A stretch of DNA of 64,000 bases, taken from Trichoplax adhaerens (taxonomy: Eukaryota > Animalia > Placozoa). Of this stretch, positions 55,901 through 64,000 are shown piece by piece. The notes under the pieces were generated by a model, which had not been told where the DNA came from, did no database searches, and was given only the letters and a program-made list of their open reading frames with translations. Every line of letters starts with the position of its first letter. Positions within the stretch are counted from its first letter, which is position 1. The stretch is taken from contig NW_002060962.1 of NCBI RefSeq assembly GCF_000150275.1, forward strand, positions 799,205 through 863,204. Direction: 5' to 3'. The translations under genes were made by a program, and so were the position numbers.

Positions 55901-56304
55901 TTTCTATTTCGTAATATAAAGCGTTCATGTCCTATTATATAAGAATGCCAATTTTTAAATCATTACCTGCGTAAGAGTGTTGAGATACAAAATGAAAATT
56001 ATTATGATTTAACTGCGGACAAATTAATAATACCGGTACTCTTCAACAATAGCTAAATTTTCTTATGGCAAAGCAATAGATTAAATTTTAGCATGAATCT
56101 TCGCTTTGCAATAAATTTGCAGATAATTCAACAGCTAAGAAAACAAGGACATTCAGAAGGAAAACTTACTATTTTAATAATGGTTTCTATATTATGATAG
56201 TAATAAATTATTAGCAACATGCTCTACATAAATACGGATATCTAGGAAATGGAATTGCTTCGGATATTAGGTAATATAATTATATTCATTTGAAAGCATT
56301 CAAG

Positions 56305-56660
56305 CATGGTATTATTTCAGCTCCTTTTGGAATATTTTATCTTTATGACACTCTTACAGATGATCTTCATCAGAATTCTAAACATTGCTATAATAGCCTT
56401 ATCAATATAATTACTTCTCTCGCTCTGATTTAATGAGTTTAAAAATTCAGTAGAGATCCGCCTATTCTGACAAAAATCTCTATTATCTACATGGCTTAAT
56501 TATTAAATATATCATTTTAAGCATTATTACAGAGATTATTGACTAATATCAAGTGCTGTAAGTTCATCAATTAATTATCGCCTAGCTATTTGCTGCTAGA
56601 GTTCAATTATGTAGTAGATTATTTTGGTTAGAAAGTGGCTACAAACTAGATTTACAATAA
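56305..56660 (+). repeat. Dispersed repeat, copy 2 (homologous to 15355-15700)
   Basis: Same colinear blocks as copy 1. Confidence 0.65.
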
Positions 56661-59600
56661 AGCTGGTATGATTTGAGTAATGAATATATGCCACAGTACT
56701 GAGCGCTACTTTTAGCAATCCGAATTATTAGCCTTAAGGATGTGGCGTTAATGTTAGTCTTGGGAACTGAAATATCTCTATGTTTGTGCTTTATTTTTCT
56801 ATCAGAGGTAATTGTATATGGTAATCATTAAGCATCTTACAGCACAATAAAATAAATCATTCAACTGTTTTAAACTTTAATTCGTCGCTCAGACAATATG
56901 TGACAAAATTCTGCTAACATCAATATCCTGCACCTACGACGGCGACACTAATCATAACATTTCATGTTACGCAGATAGTTCATAATTATCATCAATTCTG
57001 CAAGCTAAAGAATAGTCTGATTGGATATCTGAAATCAAATTATAACAAAATTATAATACGTAGGTACCACCTTTCAACTGAAGTATCTTCATAAATGATT
57101 TATAACGTTGGAGTACATGGACCAATACTTTAAAATGCAAAACGTATCAGTAAAGTTTAATCACTACTATAAGTGTAAATTTCTATCATGAAATTTGTAC
57201 ACTATATTAGTCAAATTGGATATTCTTTCATGATTATAAGAATTTTTGTATAGCTTTAACAAATATTTACTACACGAATTCAAGTGAAAATTAATGACTA
57301 TGTCTGGATGCTATAGAGAACTTATGACTATACGTCAGAACAGAGGGTAGGAAGTTGATCTAAGAATTACATCATTTATTTATGGCCTATTGTTTATTTC
57401 TATTTCATTTACACTTTGGCCATTCGATACTGCTACCTGCATTAAGTGCAATAGAAGACGTCAACGTAAAATATAATATTAATATGCCGTCAAAAATTTT
57501 TACTACATGATACATTATTAACAATGGAATACCAGTACAAGTTAAATTTATTTGAAATGTGTTAATAGGCGTAGTAAAAAATTAACACTAAGAATAGTGT
57601 GTTTTAATTTTCAGCTTATTAATTTTCACAGTGTTATAGTGCTAACAAAACGACAGGAAACATACTATATAGGATATAGAGCTATTAAATAATAATTGAT
57701 TTGGTCTTACTCCTTAGTTGAATTCTGATTCTGGCAGCTGTAATTCTGTGATTGGAAATGAAGATTTGATGAATTAAATTTTGATGAATTATAGAGATTA
57801 TCGCGATGAACTTACTACACGTTTTAAGATAAAGAAATACTTTATAAAAGGTTTTTCGTGGACAGTAGATATGAAGTTGACTGTTTCTCTATTTTACTGT
57901 GTCCAGTATATCAATCTAAATTACATTATTGCTAAGAATTTGCTGTATTACGATAGTTCATAGGATTAAAAGGTCAATATGAGTACATGCAAATAAAAAT
58001 TACTGAATATAATAATAAACTAATGCGCTAATACGATATTTTATATCTACTAGAATAAAGTTTGATATTTATTCATCAATAGTTAGATAAGCCAATTTAT
58101 CAATCAATATATCAATTAATCTTGTTTAAAAATGATTTCATTCATTATTTATTCTGCTTGAAGTGACTTATTGGATTCCCAATGGAAGGCACTTAGTGCT
58201 TAGTTGGTGTATAATTATCTAGATAGAAATAAAGGTGCATCCTAGGTGTTTCAAACAAATAGTAATATCATTGCTACGATATTATTCGATTTCTTGGCTA
58301 GACAATATTTATCAGATTCATTTAGACTGGATTGCTTAGACATAAACAGGGATAGTGCTATTATCTATAAAGCATTAATTATTGAAAAAATCCGTCAAAT
58401 TAACTTAAAACTAAACAGCGTTACTAATACGCTAAGGCGTCCCACTTCCTATTGTTACATTTTCCTTCATAAGCCAATGCAATATCTATTTTTGACTACG
58501 TAGCAATTGAAATGTTACTATCAACATTAAAAATTTATCTTATTAATCAAACGAACTGATTATTTTTATATTAAAAATAGGTTTATTATTTTTTAAAGTG
58601 CACAGCATATCGATTAACCATTGCATATAACTGATAAACTCTTTTGGTACTTAATTATTAAGCTTTGCTACCTAGCGCATTACTTCAATGTTTAAGATTA
58701 TTAGTCATCCTTTATTGCAAAAATTAAATGTATCACTAGCCACTCTTCTTAATCGAGATTACGTAACTGTATTAAACATTTCGTTTCTCTGTTTAGCATC
58801 TTTATAAAAGTCTATTTCGATACATTTGCATTGCCAAAATATTATATTATTCAGTTGGTATTTGTCATCTACGCTAATTTTGTACATCATCTTATAAAAT
58901 TTGAACTCTTGTAATACATAGATTGTAGCAGTTGAATGGCTTAACTAGATAGATGATGCAATATTATATACTTCGGTATGGCGTTAAGGCAAAAGGTGTT
59001 CAAGTCTACCCAAGCGAAAACTTTAATGGTGATCACTCACTCAAGTGTGGAGTGATATGTGTCATTTTATATGTCATCGTAATCAAAACATTATTGAATA
59101 TTTATAAATTTACGGCAGCTATAGGAAATTGATCAAATTCTATCGATCATATTACTCCAATTGAATATAAACATAACGCCTTAGGGCGAAAAGAATTTTA
59201 AAACAAATTATTGATTTGTTAAAGTCCGTACGAGATTGATACTTTTATCACGTTAGATATTCGAAGCGATTTTATGTAGAGTTTATATATCTTGGTTGAT
59301 ACAATAGAGCTTCTTCTAGAAAGTTCTCTGCATCTTAAAATGAGGTATAAAAAATAGGATAACTATCTAAGGAATGTAATAGGAATCTAAATAACACGAC
59401 ACAGTTATCAACACCGTTAGTTATCCAAGTGGACTGACGATATCGAATTAAATGATTTACAATTCGAATGATGATGAGACCAAGGCACTAAAATATTAGT
59501 TTCGAAATAAATTTCTTGATTGTTTATTTCTGAATACGTAATATTTTAATATTCATTTCCCTATTGGCCTTTAGTTGGAACAGTCCTAATAATTATAATC

Positions 59601-59669
59601 ATTATAATCAGAAGGAAATCCATAAATTACAAAACAAATCGATTAATATTCGACAGGACAGGAAGATTT

Positions 59670-59873
59670 TGCACCTGTTATTTATGATATTGGCGAATAT
59701 GCTAATTGCGATTGATCCACTTCTGTTATTAATAGAGGCCATTAATTTTGCATGCCGATAGCTTAAGGGCAACCTTTAAAAGCTAGCGGATTAACGGTTT
59801 TACGTTATTGTGTTTGCTTGTCTGGAAGATTGCAGTTTCAGTCAAAAGAATATTCCATCCGCTCTCACCTAAG
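59670..59873 (+). promoter_or_regulatory. Predicted promoter and non-coding first exon of insulin-like gene 3
   Basis: TGCACCTGTTA at 59670, TTTAAAAG at 59775, donor aag|gtaatc at 59874, acceptor tag at 60385-60387. Confidence 0.6.
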
Positions 59874-60397
59874 GTAATCTTTAGTTTTAGCGCACTTTCC
59901 ATTTGCATTTGTACTATGGAGTCCTTGTCTGTGCTATAATAGACAAAATAGAATGATAATCTGCAGAATGCTATCAATTGAATAGGGCTATAGGTGTATG
60001 TATTTTGATTTTTAAATTTTACTCCTACTTTGCATAGCCTTAAATATACTAGTATAATATTCAATAATCTATATTCAAATAGTTAATAAAGCATATTAAT
60101 ACAACAGCAACTTTACTCAGTGCAATATTAGTTTAATCAAATCTTGATAATGTAGAAAATTTACTCGTAATCTTCATATTATCATTGAGTTAACTTACAG
60201 CTACTAGAGTACTTAATCTCTAAGCAAAGTAAAATCGAATACCAAATAGTGTTTTATGTTATTAAGATATCATGTAATAGTTTTACTTGAAAAAAGAAGG
60301 ACTATCATAGCAAAGTCTATTCAATGGTAGAATAAATTGGCTTGCCAATATTTTGTATTTAAATTTTATATGTAAAAATTATTTTAGGTAGATAATA

Positions 60398-61349
60398 ATG
60401 GCCAAATTGAATGTTGTATCTTTGGTTGCCTTTTTGGCTGGCTTAGTCGTTGTCATTGAAGGAGGAGATTTCATCATCTTCAATGAAATTCCTCCTACTG
60501 TTCACGTTTGCGGTAATCAGAGGCAGCAGGTTTTAGATTACTGGGCAGAATGTGAATTAAACATTCCCTTCGATGAATGTCCACTTAAACGACGTCGATC
60601 AGTTGATGTAGACATTGTTACTGATTTCAAGAAAGAGCCATCTTATACCAAATTTGACGACCGTAAGTATAAGTTGCAACTGAAAGATACTACGGCCTCA
60701 ATGATAATTGGGCTGTATACTTTATATTTATTTAACATCTATCTAATAATATCGCCAAAACTATAATTCCTAGATAATGTGTATATCAACTAGGCATTTC
60801 TACCTCAGATGATGCATATGTTGATAGTGTCTTTCATTGTTAGAAAATTATTGATCTATCAATTTAGTAACAGAGATTGGTAAATGGACATTAATTCAAT
60901 TTTATTTCAAATTAATATACAAATATAATTGTTCTATTAGCCTACTTTAGAACATCTACCCAAAAAAGTATTTAATAATGTAGAAATTGAATAGCCAAAT
61001 CATTTTAATTCTTACTAGTTGATATGCAACATCTTGCCAGTAACTTATATACAATTCTTGATTTTTCAAGGGGATAGCGGATAATAACTTCTTTCTTTAT
61101 TATGTAGGATTGATTGAAGCTGGTCACCACACTAATAACTTCTTGAAATTTGGAAAATCTTTATACACCCGTCTTCAAGAATTGAACCTTGAAAAATTAG
61201 ACGAGAAATGCTGTATGCCTCCACCCATGCCTGCCAAGGAATGCGAAATGTTGCCTCAGCTATGTCCTGGTGGCAGTATGTTCAATGAAGCCCTTAAAGA
61301 TGATATCATTAAAGGTGGTTGCGAAATTTTTATCGAAGAAAATCTATAA
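60398..61349 (+). CDS. Insulin-like prepropeptide 3 (8 Cys), 2 coding exons, 168 aa; close paralog of gene 2
   Basis: Exons 60398-60662 and 61108-61349 (phase-1 intron); ~78% identical to gene 2 by manual count, with the same Cys frame. Confidence 0.85.
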
Positions 61350-61446
61350 TTTTCCCCTCTCCCAATCATTGATATGAAGTAAGCAGAACTATCCAATTCC
61401 TCCCCATGCTATGATTGATTGCTGTGATCAAATTTGTAGATCATAT

Positions 61447-61463
61447 GATGTGAAGGCAATAAA
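61447..61463 (+). promoter_or_regulatory. Conserved 3'UTR element with polyA signal (gene 3)
   Basis: GATGTGAAGGCAATAAA. Confidence 0.75.
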
Positions 61464-64000
61464 GATGATGTTGTAAAAGCATTTCAATACTGCGTAGTTG
61501 TTTGTTTCTATTCTATTTCTAATCAGGGTCATTGGTCCATTTGTCGAATGCAGTTTTGAAAGAACTGGAGTTAAAGTGTAGTTTCACATTACTTAAATCT
61601 TAATTAGCGCAGGCTGATAAATTTATAGATTGAACTGATTTTCGTAATAATTGTCTATGCTATAATGAAGTTTCATAAAGCTAAATTATACTAATCAAGG
61701 TTTATCTCCCTGCTACAAAAAGCTACTGCTGCGAAATAATTTTGAAAGATGCGCGTAATTATTAGTAGTAATCACGTCTATTATCTGTACCAACATAGTG
61801 TAATTGACCCTTTTTTAATCTACGATATTTTTTAGCACTCTAGTAGCCTTAGCTAGGTGGAAATATTACCCTACACCGTGTACTGAGCTAATAGTGGGCC
61901 TTAAGATAAATATGGTTGCCCGTAACTGAGTTGATATGTTTTGTTCCATTTTAGTGCATACTTTCCTAAGATTACTGTCATTAATGAAATTTATCGTAAA
62001 TACAGGTGGATTTATACCTTTCTGATAGGCGCTAATCTCTCATCCATTCGGCGCAACTTATAGACTTAGATTAATTTTATATATATGTTACGGTTAAAAC
62101 CCGATATTAACCTATATATAAATGATAATACTTTCATTTAGCAAATTAGTCGTAAAGATATACTGTAGATGAGTGGATGTATACCTTATCTGGTAGGTTA
62201 TAATCTCTCATACATTCGATATAACTCATCAATGCGAATCGATGTAACTGTCGACTCAGAAAAGAAGATAATTTTGCATGAGTATATGCCTATAACTGTG
62301 TCTAACGGTAAGTTATCTGGATATAATACTCATAAAATATAGGAATCTGACTAAAGTTTGAGAGTGTCTTTCATTCAGTGCTATTTTCATGTAGACATTA
62401 CTCCAACTTATCTAATCAGGAGCTAGTGTGATAGAGTGGAGAGTTTTTGTGAATGAGAAGGTAGTTTGGCTATGTAAATACGTGCTGTTTCGCTTTTGTG
62501 GAGCAGGTGCAATATGATTTTATATGATATCTAGGAAATATCCTGATAATGGGTTTATCTGTAATGCATATATATTTTTATAGATAAGTGAGTACTTTAA
62601 AAATTATACAAATATTGATAGCGGATGTTTAGGAAGCAATACTACGTCAATTGGTAGACTTTTATTGAAGTTTAAACTTAGCTTATCTGTAGATACTTAT
62701 AGCTTATCGTAATTTCCTGACGATAAAGAGATTGCAAGTATTTAGAGTCGTACTATACATGGATACTGAGAGGTTAAAACTTACACAAGATAGTCTTTAA
62801 TTTAGTGATTATAGTTAATTTTCTAGCTACAAATTTCGATTTGTACTCATATATCATTCTCAAGCCTATCAACCTTACTATGCTAATAATGGAATAGAGT
62901 AAAGGATAGCACAATATAATTGCTGCTTGTAGTTACTACTCTAGATAAGCTTTTCTAAAACTATGCTTCGAGATTGCGCATCCCTCAAAGTCATTCTTTC
63001 AACTATTAAAAATTAAATGTTGGTACTATGAAAAAAAAGCTAACCCATCATGAGTTTACTTTCAGGTTTATCCTCTTTAATAATTGCATACATTACGATT
63101 CCATACTGATTTTTATCAGCTAGAGACCATAGTAATGTTACAGAACTACGTTTCCGATATTAAGGTTGTGTTATGTCCGTAATTTATGATACGTAAGACG
63201 ATTGAGTCATTACGTAGGTGTAATAGAAATTCTAATGTCCGTAATTTTAAATGACAGTAGATAAGATACATTTTAGGCAGGAATTCTTGCCTAGCTCATA
63301 CTATGAGCTATATTTTTGAGTTAACATGTAATAATTCTTATAGTACTTAAGTTAATAATACGGTTCGACTAAGTTACAATCTATCATGTTTGTAAGGCTT
63401 TAATTGCGTTGACCTCCTTTAATTGGATATCTGTTGTTCACTTGCTTTATACAATCTTATTTTAAGTCTAGGTATAAAAGCAAGTTCTTGTAAATTGTTA
63501 CTGCTCTTTCTTTTTTCTTTTTATTATAGATTGCTAGTGAGAACTACTAAAATAAAGTCGTAACCTAACGTAAGTTGCACTTTTTACGACTATTCTTTTG
63601 AGTATATCTAGGAGGGCAATTCTAGATAGTTTATGCTACTTAGACAGTTGTGACAAGTAACTACAAGTTTCTCTTGAAGTAAATCATGAACCCAATTTTA
63701 TTAAAAAATCAACCCATTCATGCGTCTCGCTAAGTAAAATTAACCGTCGTTACTGGTATTATGTAAACAGGCAGTTATTTATACAAATAATTAAAATATC
63801 ATAGATAAAATGGTTATCTGTAAATTTCTAGATCAGTTATCTAATGGTAACTACTACCTGTTCCGGGTAATTAAATAAAAAAAATTGCTTTGAGGTAATA
63901 ACTAGTACAAATTTAATTTCATTCCTTTGAAAATTTAGACAATTATTCAACTATTGCATGATGGATAATCATAGCAAAGGCAACCTGTAGGCATATTAAT

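Overview
AT-rich, intron-containing eukaryotic (animal) genomic DNA with three assembly gaps. Short introns, low GC and abundant TACAGTA/TACTGTA tracts suggest a placozoan such as Trichoplax; this is inference, not proof. The ORF track is mostly noise because the genes are spliced. Reading GT-AG boundaries by hand gives eight protein-coding genes: the 5' part of a sorting nexin 17 gene (minus strand, runs off the left edge), bystin (minus, 12 exons), a small FAM167-like gene (plus, 2 exons), a sarcosine/dimethylglycine-type SAM methyltransferase (minus, 7 exons), PDIA6 (plus, 8 exons, one GC-AG intron, a perfect ER-stress element upstream), and a tandem cluster of three secreted, 8-cysteine, insulin-like prepropeptide genes (43.1, 50.9 and 60.4 kb). 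The cluster is the most interesting system. The genes have insulin-type architecture (signal-B-C-A, predicted 5'UTR intron, phase-1 intron in the C-peptide) but non-canonical cysteine spacing. All three share an 11-bp E-box promoter motif and a 17-nt 3'UTR motif, even though the first gene is very divergent in protein sequence.
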